DNA of 64,000 nt from Octopus sinensis. Its lineage: Eukaryota. The position numbers were made by a program, and so were the translations under genes. The stretch lies in assembly GCF_006345805.1 (NCBI RefSeq), contig NC_043009.1, positions 60,574,001-60,638,000 of the forward strand, in the 5' to 3' direction. The notes under the pieces are model-generated. The model was not told the origin of the DNA. It ran no database searches and saw only the letters and a program-made list of their open reading frames with translations. Below are positions 12,118 to 24,486 of the stretch, piece after piece (position 1 is the stretch's first letter; each line of letters begins with the position of its first letter).

Positions 12118-12460
12118 GGGATGTGGCTGTGTGGTAAGAAGCTTGCTTCCCAACTACATGGTTCTGGGTTCAGTCCCACAGCGTGGCACCTTGGCAAGTG
12201 CCTTCTACTATAGCCCCAGGCCAACCAAAGCTCATTGTATATATATATATAAACATACATACATATGTGTGTGCGTTTTTGGCGTCCGTATTTGTCCCCC
12301 CAGAATCGCATGATAACCGATGCTGGTATGTTTACGTCCACATAACTTACTGGTTCGGCAGAATAAGGCCGATAGAATAAGTCCTGGTGTCGATTTGTTC
12401 GATAAAAGGCGGTGCTCCAGTATGGCCGCAGTCAAACGACTGAGACAAATAAAAGAAAAG
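12118..12460 (+). mobile_element. SINE A
   Basis: GGATGTGGCTGTGTGGTAAG...GGCGGTGCTCCAGTATGGCCGCAGTC. Confidence 0.85.
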
Positions 12461-12478
12461 GATACATACATATACATA

Positions 12479-12696
12479 TAGTCGTGTTAAAGTGTCGGAG
12501 GGTGCTAGGGAGTACCGGCATTGCTAGAAATAACAGCCAAAACAACTCTTAGCTGCGCGAGGGCACTTCTCAACAGACTGACAAGGGAGACAAACTCCCG
12601 CCCTAAGACAAGCGACATGGCTAAGGGTTGTTTTGACTCTCATGTCTAGCAATGCCGGTGTTCACTAGCGCCTTCTCGTCACATCCGTGACGACTG
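12479..12696. mobile_element. Tc1/mariner-type MITE (TA target)
   Basis: TA|TAGTCGT...ACGACTG|TA; imperfect TIRs including perfect ACCGGCATTGCTAGA/TCTAGCAATGCCGGT. Confidence 0.65.
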
Positions 12697-12749
12697 TATT
12701 TGCGGCCTTTCAGTTGTAAATTACAAATAGCAACCTTAAAAAAAAAAAT

Positions 12750-13098
12750 ATATATATATTAATAAATTAATAAAACATGCATATATACATACATATATGT
12801 ACGTACATACCTCTACATGTATATATACATGCATAAATGGGTGCAGGACACCAAAAAAAAACGTCGAACACAATGAGAAACGAAAACTTAAACACAAAAC
12901 CAAGGAAATAGACATATATGCATAAAAAATGTCCATTTCCTTGGTTTTATGTTTATGTTTTCGTTTCTCATTGTGTTCGACGTTTTTTTTTTTGGTGTCC
13001 TGCACCCATATATGCATGTATATATACATGTAGAGGTGTGTACGTACATATATGTATGTATATATGGATATGTTTTATTAATTTATTATATATATATA
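12750..13098. repeat. Long near-perfect palindrome (~165-bp arms, 13-nt loop) made of a repeat also at 58075-58330
   Basis: Arms meet at GACAT-atatgcataaaaa-ATGTC (12911-12933). Confidence 0.92.
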
Positions 13099-13162
13099 TG
13101 TATATATATGTATATATATATATATATGTATGTATATATATATACATACATACATACATACA

Positions 13163-13194
<32 letters not shown>

Positions 13195-13319
13195 CATACA
13201 TACATACATACATATATACATACATACATACATATATGTACATATATATAAAATGTGTACTTACATATAAGAGAACAAAGTGTACGTACGCCGCTATGTA
13301 TATATATATATATATATAA

Positions 13320-13800
13320 AATACAAAATGGGACAAGAACGCAAAACATCCGGTCCCTTTCTGTATCACCTAGTTGTCCGGATGTTTTGTATCTTGAGAA
13401 ATCAAATATTCTTCCTTCATGCCAAGTTTGAAGAAAATATCTCTTTTGCATCTTACTTTTTTGGTCTCTTAAATATACTGCATTTTGTGGCGTTATTTCA
13501 AGCCAGCCGGCTTTTTTTTTGCGCAAACTGCACGTGCATTTTTCTTGCGTACGCGTAGTATCGATCGCAACAGCTGATGTACTTGCGCGTACAAATGCAC
13601 GTTCTCACGGCTTTATCGATCGCATTCTCAGCTGGAATCGATTTTTGTAATTTTTTCAAGACTTATACACGCCCTGATACCGTCGGTATCTACATATCAA
13701 ATTCGAGCGCATCGGCGGAGGATCGAGGTCCTGGGTGGGGGGGGGGGTAAGATCCTAGAAGACACACACACAGACAGACAGAACGGATTTTATATACAAA
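13320..13800 (+). mobile_element. Possible non-autonomous Helitron/Helentron-like element
   Basis: Subterminal 12-bp IR CAAAACATCCGG/CCGGATGTTTTG; 3' ACACACAGACAGACAGAACGGATTTTATATA. Confidence 0.4.
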
Positions 13801-13859
13801 ATATATACGTTCGTTCCTTCTCGAACCATTCCTGGCCCATAAGGACCGGTTTCCCATTA

Positions 13860-13985
13860 CCTTCTGTCGGAGCCGAGTGGAGCTTAGGTGTTTCGCTCAT
13901 AAACACACACGTTGCAAGGTCTGAGATTCGAACCTACGATCCCTCGAGTGCGAGTCCGCTGCTCTAACAACTAGGCCATGTGACT

Positions 13986-13990
<5 letters not shown>
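13860..13990 (-). mobile_element. SINE D head region
   Basis: Reverse complement GTGGAGTCACATGGCCTAGTTGTTAGAGCAGCGGACTCGC...GGTTCGAATC. Confidence 0.75.
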
Positions 13991-14034
<44 letters not shown>

Positions 14035-14069
14035 CATACATATATATACATATATATATATACATATAT

Positions 14070-15146
14070 TGTTGTTGTTGTTATTGTTGTTGGCATCCTT
14101 TTTGTCCCGGGAGACAATGGAGTTGCGCATAAAATAGTCTAATCCGGCTTTTACATTTCATGTCCTGATACATTTCCTGCTGTGGCTGTGTAGTCCTATC
14201 CTGGACAAACACTCCCTCTGGCAGGTACCGCAAATGTAGCGAAGACTGTTCATGGCTGGTTGTAGTGTCATAGTTTCTTGTTGACGTCTTTTCTTGTCTT
14301 TCCATTTCTCCTCTCTCTCTCTCTCTCTGTCACTCCTTTGTATTCCATCTTTTACGGTACGTCGCCAATCTCCACGGTTGCAGGCAATTGCTTCCCAACT
14401 GCTAATATTGGTGTTGCAGGCCTTCATGTCCCTTTTGCAAACATCCTTGTAACGTAAGAACGGTCTACCCACAGACCTAGTACCCCTAGCAAGCTCTCCG
14501 TAGAGTATGTCCTTGGGGATTCTGCCATCTTTCATACGGCTAACATGCCCAAGCCATCTCATACATCTTTGTGTGAGGAGTGCAAACATGCTTGGTATTC
14601 CTGCTTGATTGAGGACATCTTTGTTGGGGATATGATTCTGCCATTTGATGCGGAGGATTTTCCGGAGGCAGCGCAGGTGAAGGATGTTTAGGCGACGCTC
14701 TTGGCGTGTGTATAGCGTCCAAGTCTCACTTCTATACAGTAGAGTGCTAAGTACACATGCCTGGTAGATCTTCATTTTCGTGGTCTTGGTCAGCTTATTG
14801 TTGTCCCATACCCGTTTGGAGAGTTGGGCCATCGCAGCAGCTGCTTTGCCAATGCGTATATTGAGCTCGACTTCAAGGGATAGGTTGTAGGTGACGGTAG
14901 AGCCAAGATAGGTAAACTTCTCCACCTCCTGTAATCTGTGGTCTCCAATATGTATGTTTGGAATGTCCGATGTAGCCTGACCCATGATGTTGGTCTTCTT
15001 AAGGCTGATAGCTAAGCCAAAGTCGTTACATGCTTGCTCAAAACAGTTAATGAGCCTTTGGAGGGCTTCTTCTGTGTGTGATACCAGAGCGGCATCATCA
15101 GCAAATAACATCTCCTTGATCAGGACGTTTCTGATTTGGTCTTGGC
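14070..15146 (-). mobile_element. RTE-clade LINE, 5'-truncated, stop-free ORF2 3' third
   Basis: MLFADDAAL (RT YADD-type), KFTYLGS, MRWLGHVSRM, GRPFLRYKD, C-terminal CGTC..HSHSRKC, (CAA)n tail at 14070-14095. Confidence 0.95.
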
Positions 15147-15147
15147 A

Positions 15148-15188
<41 letters not shown>

Positions 15189-15191
15189 CAT

Positions 15192-15243
<52 letters not shown>

Positions 15244-15583
15244 CATTTATATAACATATATATATATATAATACATATTCTATATACATACATAATACAT
15301 AACATACATATATTATATATATATATACATATATATACATACATATATATATAAAATAATTATATTACATACATACATACATATATACATACATATGTGG
15401 ATACATTATATATACATACATAATATACATATATAACGCATACATACATATATATATACATATATATTATGCATAGATAATATACTTACATATACATATA
15501 TACATACAACCTCACACATACAAACATACATACATACATACATACATACATATCTATAATATATATCTATATATATATAGATG

Positions 15584-15636
<53 letters not shown>

Positions 15637-15645
15637 TTGTATATA
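15147..15645. repeat. (TA)/(CATA) microsatellite
   Basis: Directly visible. Confidence 0.95.
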
Positions 15646-15835
15646 AATGTGACTGCATGTGTACCGTTACGATTTTTTCCTCTGTCTTCCTTCTTTGATC
15701 TTTCCTTTTCCTATGTTTCTGACGAAGAGCTCGCTCGAAACGTTAAACCTCCTTCTTTCCTTCTTTCCTGAACGTCCAATAACGTCCTCGCATTGTTGTG
15801 TTTTCTCTTTGTGTTTTCATGTTTGGATTATCTTT
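15645..15835 (+). mobile_element. Short Penelope-like terminal fragment carrying a minimal HHR
   Basis: Homologous to 57825-58020 and 62878-63080; embedded in (TA)n. Confidence 0.65.
15715..15748 (+). ncRNA. Minimal type I hammerhead ribozyme motif
   Basis: gttt-CTGACGA-a-gagc-tc-gctc-GAAA-cg-TT-aaac; palindromic ACGT stem III. Confidence 0.7.
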
Positions 15836-15877
15836 GCATATATATATATATATTATATTATATATATATATATATAT

Positions 15878-15916
<39 letters not shown>

Positions 15917-16310
15917 TATAATATATATATAGTATATACAATACATATATTATACCTACATATATATGTATACATATATATATTTATATACATATATATA
16001 CATACATATATATATCTATACATACACATATAATATATATATATATACATATATGTAATATAAACATATATATATATGTACATATATATACATACATGAA
16101 TATAAATATACATACATATACATACACACACATGCACATACACACACGCACATACACACACACATATATATATAGTGATGATATTTCATGTGTTTACAGT
16201 TGACAACGCGTGGTGTCAAGCAGATGGAAACTACGTGGGTTTCTGTAAAAATAATCTTTAAGTGGGGAGGGGTCGAGTTAGTCTCCGCCATGTGCGCCAT
16301 ATATAAATAA

Positions 16311-16345
<35 letters not shown>

Positions 16346-16371
16346 ATATATACAAGCATATATTGGTATAT

Positions 16372-17100
16372 TGGTACAGGACATCACGAACGGTGTATAT
16401 AACATGAAATACGTAAACAAACGTGTTAAATACGTAAACAACGAGAGAGAAAATGTACAACAGAACAAGTAAACACACAGAATTGACCCGTCATCAGTTA
16501 AAGGACCCTTCAACGAATGCTCGAAATGAGGAGTAGATAGATTGCCGACAACTGATGATGGGCCCCTTCTCTGTGTGTACTTGCCCTGTTTTCCATTTGT
16601 TTCTCGTTGCTTACGTACTTATCTCATTTACTCTTTTCTCTTTTACTCTTTTACTTGTTCCAGTCTTTTGACATGGCCATGCTGGAGCACCGCCTTTTAA
16701 TCGACAACTCGACCCGGGACTTATCTTTTTGTAAGCTCAGTACTTATTCTATCGGTCTCTTTTGCCGAACCGCTAAGTTAAACGGGGACATAAAACACAC
16801 CAGCATCGGTGTCAAGCAATGCTAGGGGGGGACAAAACACAAAACACAAAACACACACACGCAATATACATAATATACATATATACGACAGGCTTCTTTC
16901 AGTTTCCGTCTACCAAATCCACTCACAAGGCTTTGGTCGGCCCGAGGCTATAGTAGAAGACACTTGCCCAGGGTGCCACGCAGTGGGACTGAACCCGGAA
17001 CCATGTGGTTGGTAGACAAGCTACTTACCACAAAGCCACTCCTGCACCTATTTGCTTACGTATTTCATGTTATTTGAAACGTTGGTAATGTATGTACCCA
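16372..17100. repeat. Inverted pair of diverged repeat arms, right arm interrupted by SINE A
   Basis: AACTGATGAcggg on minus (~16490) and AACTGATGAtggg on plus (~16550) followed by similar sequence; related sequence at 24790-24940. Confidence 0.55.
16625..17049 (-). mobile_element. SINE A, full length
   Basis: Complete family A structure. Confidence 0.9.
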
Positions 17101-17120
17101 TATATGCTTGTGTGCGTGCG

Positions 17121-17152
<32 letters not shown>

Positions 17153-17244
17153 GTAGGTGAAATTTACAGAAAAACAAAAGACAAAGACAGGTATATAAAC
17201 AACAAGCAAGTGTATTAGTTTGACGCTCGGGAAGGTCGGAAAGT

Positions 17245-17280
17245 CTTTTACGTTTCGAGCCTACGCTCCTCAACAGAAAG
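17245..17280 (-). ncRNA. Minimal HHR-like motif, A6U core variant
   Basis: cttt-CTGTTGA-g-gagc-gtag-gctc-GAAA-cg-TA-aaag. Confidence 0.55.
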
Positions 17281-17593
17281 GAACACGAGGAAGAGAATGA
17301 AAATGAAAGAGAGAGAGACATCGTCAGTGAACAAACACAAGTAAATAAACAGCATATTGCGTGTATTGAGCACTTGCTATCCTGCTTGCACTCTTAAAAA
17401 AGAGTAATTAACAAAAAATTTGTGGATTTACTGGTCAATATATATATAGATATTATATATTATTTACCATATATATAATATATAGAGAGAGAGAGAGAGA
17501 GATTATATATTATTTACTGTTTATTATCTAATTGAACACGATGCATCCATTTCCAAGTAAGTTGTATATAAATATTCACACACACACACACAC

Positions 17594-17636
<43 letters not shown>

Positions 17637-17644
17637 GGTGTGGA

Positions 17645-17822
17645 TACAGGCGCAGGAGTGGTTGTGTGGTAAGTAGCTCGTTTACCAACCATATGGTTCT
17701 GGGTTCAGTCCCACTGCATGGCACCTTGGGCAAGTGCCTTCTATATCCTCGGGCTGACAAAAGCCATGTGAGTGGATTTGGCAGTCGGAAACTGAAAGAA
17801 GCCCGTCGTATATATATATATA

Positions 17823-17874
<52 letters not shown>

Positions 17875-18095
17875 TGTGTGTTTGTGTGTGTGTTTGTGTA
17901 TGTGTTTGTCCCCAACATCGCTTGACGTCTGATGCTGGTTTGTTTACGTCCCCGTAACTTAGCGGTTTGGCAAAAGAAACCGATAGAATAGGAAATAGGC
18001 TTACAAAGAATAAGTCCTGGGTTGATTTTCGCGACTAAATGTGGTGCTCCAGCATGGCCGCAGTAAAATGACAGAAACAAGTAAAGGAATAAAAG
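17645..18095 (+). mobile_element. SINE A
   Basis: GGCGCAGGAGTGGTTGTGTGGTAAG head and family tail. Confidence 0.88.
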
Positions 18096-18635
18096 AACAT
18101 ATATATATATATACATACACGCAAACACACACACATACACGCGTGCGCGCATACACACACACACACATACACACACACACATAGATATATATATTATGAA
18201 GGCACTAAGCACAAATGAAACCAATATTACAACCCTTCTGGGGCATTGCCTTGAATAGTTCTTCGAACACATCGTCGGCCCCAGAATTTATTTTTCTGTT
18301 GATAAATGTATGTGTGAGTGTGTCGGGGGGGGGGGGAGGGAACGAGAAAAAGGCAATCTCTCGGTTCATGACATCATGAGTGTATGTGACTGTGTTTCAC
18401 CGACTCGATGGAACTGAACGCTCACACTCGTGTACACACTCACTCACGACTGAGGTCGTGTACTAATTCCGAAACATTGCCATATATAAACATACATGCA
18501 TGTATACACACGTAAACACTTACATGCACATACGCAGACACACACACACACATCGCGTGCATATGTATGTCTTAAAAAATGCCGATCAACTTCATCGCTT
18601 CTCGGAGTTCCTCGTTTGTTTTTGTAAAATAATAA

Positions 18636-19205
18636 ATGCGCTTTTTAAAAGCCTAGATGTTGACACCCTAACCACTAATCCACGCGCCTCCACAAAATAA
18701 ATGCGCCCTTTTTAAAGCCTAGCCAGGCTCATGGGCCCGGTTTCCCGGTTTCTGTGGCATATGGGTTCCCCAGCTGGACGGGACGCCAGTCCATCGCAGC
18801 GTTACTCATTTTTGCCAGCTGAGTGGACTGGAGCAACGTGAAATGAAGTGTCTTGCTCAAGAACACAACGTATCGCCCTGTCCAGGAATCGAAATCACAA
18901 TCTTACGATCATGATGCTGACACCCTAACCACTAAGCCACGCGCCTCCACAAAATAAATGCGCCCTTTTTAAAGCCTAGCCAGGCTCATGGGCCCGGTTT
19001 CCCGGTTTCTATGGTGTATGTGTTCCCTAGCTGGACGGGACGCCAGTCCATCGCAACGTTACTCATTTTTGCCAGCTGAGTGGACTGGAGCAACGTGAAA
19101 TGAAGAGTTTTGCTCAAGAACACAACGCGCCGCTTGGTGCAGGAATCGAAACCACAATCTTATGATCATGATGCTTACACCCTAACCACTAAGCCACGCG
19201 CCACC
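18636..19205 (-). mobile_element. SINE family C (tRNA head plus CORE/V-like GTTGTGTTCTTGAGCAAGACACTT), tandem of two full copies and one deleted copy
   Basis: CCTCCACAAAATAAATGCG junction at ~18687 and ~18944 (257-bp period). Confidence 0.85.
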
Positions 19206-19519
19206 ACGTTTGTTTTTATACGAGTAACAAAACTAGTCAGCGAAAACAAGCGAGTAACTCGGAGTAGCGAAGACACGACCGAGTGTGTATGTGCATGTGT
19301 GTGCGCGCGCGCGTATGTGTGTGACAGAGAGAGAGAGAGAGAGAGAGAATGAAAATGAAAGAGAGAGAGACATCGTCAGTGAACAAACACGAGTAAACAC
19401 ACAGCATATTGCGTGTATTGAGCACTTGATATCCTGCTTGTACTCTTAAAAACATACCTGTGCGTATGTTTGTTTGTGCGGACGTCGACGTCTGTTTATG
19501 TGCATGTGAGTGTTTTATC

Positions 19520-19935
19520 TTTTACTTGCTTCAGTCACTGGACTGCAGCCATACTGGAGCACTGGCTTGATGGTGTTTTAATCGAACAAATCGATCCCAG
19601 TATTAATTTGTCTTGAATTTTTTTTGTTGTTTTAAAGTTAGGTATTCAACCTATCGATCTTTTTTCGCCGAACAGCTAATGTTACGGGACGTAAACAAAC
19701 ATATATCGGCTGCCAAGTAGTGGGACGAATAAACACATACACACACACACACACACGCACACACATGCATTCATACCTACGACTGGCTTCCACACCGTTT
19801 CCGTCTACCATATTCATTTACAAGGTGTGATCAGTCCTGGACTACGATAAAGCACGCTTGCCCAAGCTGCTGCATTATGGGACTGAACCCGAGACCAGAG
19901 GGTTGCAAAGCGAGCTTCTTAACCACACAGCCATG
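19520..19935 (-). mobile_element. SINE A, diverged
   Basis: Family A motifs with many substitutions. Confidence 0.75.
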
Positions 19936-20133
19936 TATATAGTTATTCTTTCCTTTACTCGTTCCAGTCATATGACTGCGGCCATGCTGGAGTACCGTCT
20001 TTTTTAGTCGAACAGATCAACCCCAGGACTTATTTTTTGTAAGCCTGGTACTTACTCTATCGGTCTCTTTTGCCGAACATCGGTTGTCAAGCGATCGTGG
20101 GATGACAACACAGACATACAAATACATACTTAC

Positions 20134-20196
<63 letters not shown>

Positions 20197-20609
20197 TATA
20201 GTCAACGAAGAGCCCTCGACTACAACAAGACGACCAAAGTTTTTTTTTTCCAAGGTCTGGGGTCTCCCGCCCCTAAGCCCTAGACCATCACCTAATCACC
20301 CTTATCCGTCTTCTTGCTTAACAACAACAACAACACAACAACAACAGCACATGTCAAGCGGAATAGCTTGCTCGTGAAATTAACGTGCATGTGGCTGAGC
20401 ACTCCACAGACACGTATACCCTTTACGTAGTTCTCGGGGAGATTCAGCATGACACAAAGTGTGACAAGGCTGCGCTTTTGAAATACAGGTACAACAGAAA
20501 CAGGAAGAAAGAGTGAGAGAAAGTTGTGGTGAAAGAGTGCAGCAGGGTCTACATTTTTATAGGTGGAACTTTGGAGTTCATTAGTTGAATTATCTATTTC
20601 TTTACTGCC

Positions 20610-20828
20610 CACAAGGGGCTAAACGCAAAGGCGACAAACAAGGACAGACAAACGGGTTAAGTCGATTGCATCGACCCCAGTGCGTAACTGGTACTTAATT
20701 TATCGACCCCGAAAGGATGAAAGGCAAAGTCGACCTCGGCGGAATTTGAACTCAGAACGTAACGGCAGATAAAATACGGCTACGCATTTCGCCCGGCGTG
20801 CCAACGTTTCTGTCAGCTCGCCGCCTTA
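20610..20828 (-). mobile_element. SINE B monomer with TSD
   Basis: Flanked by GAGTTCATTAGTTGAATTATC on both sides. Confidence 0.9.
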
Positions 20829-20859
20829 AGAGTTCATTAGTTGAATTATCGAATTGATT

Positions 20860-21300
20860 TGGCGTTTATCGAATCAAAAATCAATTTAATTCATGATGCA
20901 GCATGGGTCTTTCTTGAATTTCATTTCTTTGAGGATCTTGTAAGCATCGTAGATAGTGAAGGCTGTTGACTCAGCTTTCTAAATCAAATCTTTCAACTGC
21001 AGATAGTTGGAACAGATTTGAGTGAAGTTAGTCCTGATCTCAGACTTTTGCACAGTTTCTTTCACCTTCTGCGCCAAAATGCCTTCCTACTCAAAACTCT
21101 CTACAACATTTGCAACTTCTGCAAAGTTCTTGGTATAGTAATTGCAGGCATCCAAACAGGCAGAGGGGGTGAGATACGACTGTTTTGAATTGGATTAGTG
21201 AGCTTATGCAAAGAAATATCAGCCTCAAGAAACGATTCGGTCCCCATTGCACCCCAAGATTTATCGTTTTCAGTAAATGCAAAAGATTTGATAGATGGCT
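20860..21300 (-). pseudogene. Degenerate hAT-like transposase fragment
   Basis: Minus frame CLDACNYYTKNFAEVANVVESFE, resembling the TRWGTWL.A..YY..NF region of hAT/CGGBP-like transposases; several stops. Confidence 0.5.
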
Positions 21301-21715
21301 GTTCAATTTTAGTTGTCCTTTGAAGACTATATAATCAACGGGCTTCTTTCAGTTTTCGTCTACCAAATTCACTCACAGGTGAATTTGATAGTTCGAGGCT
21401 ACAGTAAAAGACACTTGGAATCTGTTCAATTTGATTCACAGATATTTAATTATTTTTTTTAACTAAACAGTTTGAAACTTCGTATTCTGATGGAATGTCT
21501 TGCGCAGAACACAGTTTACTTTGAACATTTTTGACAACATTTCCTCTTTTAGAAGTTATTGCATGTTAAAGTTGTTGTATTTGGGTAATTTCAACCAATC
21601 AACGACGTGTATTCGGTTGAAGAAAGCTACTGCAGTTTGCGATAGGGATCGAAGAGGAACAAGTTCTAGGTCATCTCTGCTAAATGTCACCACTCTATTC
21701 TATTTTATTTATTTA

Positions 21716-21900
21716 CTAGCAGTATCACCCGGCGTTGCTCGGGTTTGTTTCGACCCTTTAGAATTGGAATTTTTGAAAAGTAAAAATTTTGCATTGTGTA
21801 GCTTGTTATTCAACTTGCGCCGCAAGGTCTCGGAGGAGATAGTGTTAGTTGAAGGCTACCAAACCTGCCATACACAGACAACTTCAGCTTTATATAGAGA
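21716..21900 (-). mobile_element. Non-autonomous Helitron, internally deleted
   Basis: Both termini identical in type to 22060-22456. Confidence 0.8.
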
Positions 21901-22059
21901 GGTTTATTGGTTCTATCGTCGGAGTAACCAGTAAACATCGAAGAATCAACACCAAAAAGGAAGAAATATTATTTAAATATATTTATTCGTCTGTCCGCGA
22001 ACCGGGAACCATGTGGTTGGAAAGCAAACTTCTTTTCTGCAGAGCTGCGCCTCCGCTTA

Positions 22060-22456
22060 TCTCTCTCTATATAAAACTGAAGTTGTCTGCGTATGGCACG
22101 TTTGGTAGCCTTCAACTAACACTATCTCCCCCGAGACCCTGCGGCACAAGTTGACCAAAAGTGAGAGAATGATAGAAGAATGCTTGCTCTTCATTCCGTA
22201 GAAGATAAAATTCAAATCGGACAATGTTAACACCAAAAATTATTTACATCAAAAAGGTGCTTTTTTTTCTATGAAAATCCCTATTTTTTACGATTTTTTG
22301 ACTGCTGTGTCGCCATTTTTCGGTGTATTTCAACCAGAAAAATGTTCACTTAAAGAGAATAAATAACAAGCCACATAATGCAAAATTTTTACTTTTCAAA
22401 AATTTCAATTCTAAAGGGTCGAAACAAACCCGAGCAACGCCGGGCGATACTGCTAG
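22060..22456 (+). mobile_element. Non-autonomous Helitron
   Basis: A|TC 5' end, 3' GC-rich hairpin-like CCCGAGCAACGCCGGG then CTAG|T. Confidence 0.85.
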
Positions 22457-22782
22457 TTTGTGTTAAAAGTGATATTTTCTATTAGTTTTATTTTTCTCAC
22501 AAACTGAAAGCTTCTTTCCTTCCGTGGGCGCGCGCGCGTGTGTATGTATGTCAAGATGATGACGTTAATTCATTTATTTATTTATTTTATTTTATTTTAT
22601 TTAATGCAAGTTATTGAAAGCGAGTAGTGAATCTGTCCCAGAAAAATGTCAACACAGACAGACCTGTTGCTGGCTGCTTGCTGACTGCCAATATCAGACA
22701 GCATTGTGTTTTATACCATTTCATAGATGTTAGTTGATAGTGTGGTTTTCCTGTTGTAAATATTTTTCCTACAAGCACACAC

Positions 22783-22831
<49 letters not shown>

Positions 22832-22993
22832 ACGGACTTTGCAAACTTTGTAAACACGCACACGCGGCCAACACCAGAACGGGCAGAATTTGTTGCACCG
22901 ATCGAGATGATGGATGTATTTGTCTTTTATTCTTTACATGTTTCAGTCAATGGACTGCGGCCATGCTACGGCACTGCCTTGAACGGTTTAGTC

Positions 22994-23212
22994 CAGTGGT
23001 TTTCAACCAGGGTTCCGCGAAACCTTGAGGTTCCGCCAGTACAGTCCAGGGGTTCCGCAAGAAGTTACAAAAACGCTAAAATCGACAGTAATTTTTAATT
23101 CTCCTGTGCAGATATGTGTGCATAAGACAATTAAATTATTGCACAGGGGTTCCTCGAGCCAGTGAAATGCTTTCTTGGGGTTCCGCTCCAGCAAAAAGGT
23201 TGAAAAGCACTG
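22994..23212. mobile_element. hAT MITE inserted in a SINE A
   Basis: TIR CAGTGGTTTTCAACC/GGTTGAAAAGCACTG; 8-bp TSD GTTTAGTC. Confidence 0.92.
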
Positions 23213-23620
23213 GTTTAGTCGAACAAATCGATTCTAATACTTGTGTGTGTATGTGTGTGTGTGTGTGATTTTTTTTAAAGTTTGGTGCTTATTCTATTGG
23301 TGTCAACTGAAGTTTTTACAAGTTATGGGGGAGGGCGTAAACTAGCCAACACCGGTTGCCAAGTGTTAGTGGGAAACAAATGCAACTCAAATATGTATAT
23401 ATGCGACGGCAGCGTGGCGACGGTCGTGTCGGTTTGGAGAACTCGGCAGAGGGAAGACTCGCCGCTCCTCCGCTTTCTTCTTTTTTCCTTCGCGCTTGTT
23501 CGTCGCTACCGCACCGCTGTAGTATCAGTTACGACCGATATCGATGAAAAAAAATAGCGGTGCCCCAGCATGGCCGCGGTCAAATGAATGGGACAAGTAA
23601 AAGAATAAAAGAATATATAA

Positions 23621-24013
23621 GGGATCTTTTCGGTTTGAACGGCAGTTTTTTTCTAGTGGTGTCATATGAAATTGTCACCCATAATTATGACCCCAGTATC
23701 GATCTATTGCATTTCAATCTATTCTAGGGTTAGGGGTGGGGGGAAAGGGTATTTTTTTTTTCACAAATGTAAATAAACCCGGTCTGTTTCTTAAACGAGG
23801 GATATATTCATACGGCACAGAATGTTGTTTACCTCAATGGACGTCAGTGATTGGTTGAAATTGCAGAAATTGAAGAAAAACAACAGCAAATATCTTACAA
23901 ACCATAGAATTTTCTCAATAAAGCCAAGAGAAAAAGATGTTTTATAAACACATTCTACCAGTATACGAAGTTTAAAATTTTTTAGTTACCTAGTAATTAT
24001 GTTAAAAACTGCC
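23621..24013. mobile_element. Unclassified TIR element (GGGATCTTTTC ends); related copies ~21470-21630 and 56905-57140
   Basis: GGCAGTTTTT/AAAAACTGCC subterminal IR; shared ATTTCAACCAATCA(A)TGACGT motif. Confidence 0.55.
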
Positions 24014-24039
24014 AGACCATCGCAGCATTACTCAAGAAA

Positions 24040-24222
24040 CAGGAAGAAAGAGTGAGAGAAAGTTGTGGAGAATGAATACAACAGGGCCCCTGTCGGAGCC
24101 TCGTGGATCTTTTAGGTGTTTTCGCTCAATAAACACACACAACACCCGGTCTGGGAATCGAAACCGCGATCCTCCGACCGCGAGTGCGCTGCTCTAACCA
24201 CCGGGCCATTGCGCCTCCACGC
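24040..24222 (-). mobile_element. SINE D, 5' half
   Basis: Ends CCATTGCGCCTCCAC. Confidence 0.85.
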
Positions 24223-24284
24223 TAAATAATACAGTGGACAGTATAAAGACGTCTCGGATTCTGGTGGTTGTATAGTTTATCCAT

Positions 24285-24486
24285 TGTGTGTATATATATA
24301 TATATACACACACACATATATACGACAGGCTTCTTTCAGTTTCCGTCTACTAAATCCACTCACAAGGTTTTGGTCGGCCCCAGGCTATAGTAGAAGACAC
24401 TTGCCCATGGTGTCACGCAGTGGCACTGAACCCGGAACCATGTGGTTGGTAAGCAAGCTACTTACCACACAGCCACTCCTGCGCCT
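24285..24486 (-). mobile_element. SINE A, 5' half
   Basis: Ends CACAGCCACTCCTGCGCC. Confidence 0.85.

Larger units (their letters stand above)
17293..19452. repeat. ~110-bp direct repeat pair (17293-17400 and 19345-19452)
   Basis: GAGAATGAAAATGAAAGAGAGAGAGACATCGTCAGTGAACAAACAC...ACTCTTAAAAA in both. Confidence 0.85.

Noticed and set aside
12515-12540. GCTAGAAATA resembling a Cas9 sgRNA scaffold
   Set aside because: A 10-nt chance match inside a MITE TIR region
16485-16570. CTGATGA cores on both strands; likewise CTGAAGA near 58290 and CTGACGA near 4130, 17325, 19375
   Set aside because: No downstream stem II plus GAAA in the right geometry; at most half-ribozymes
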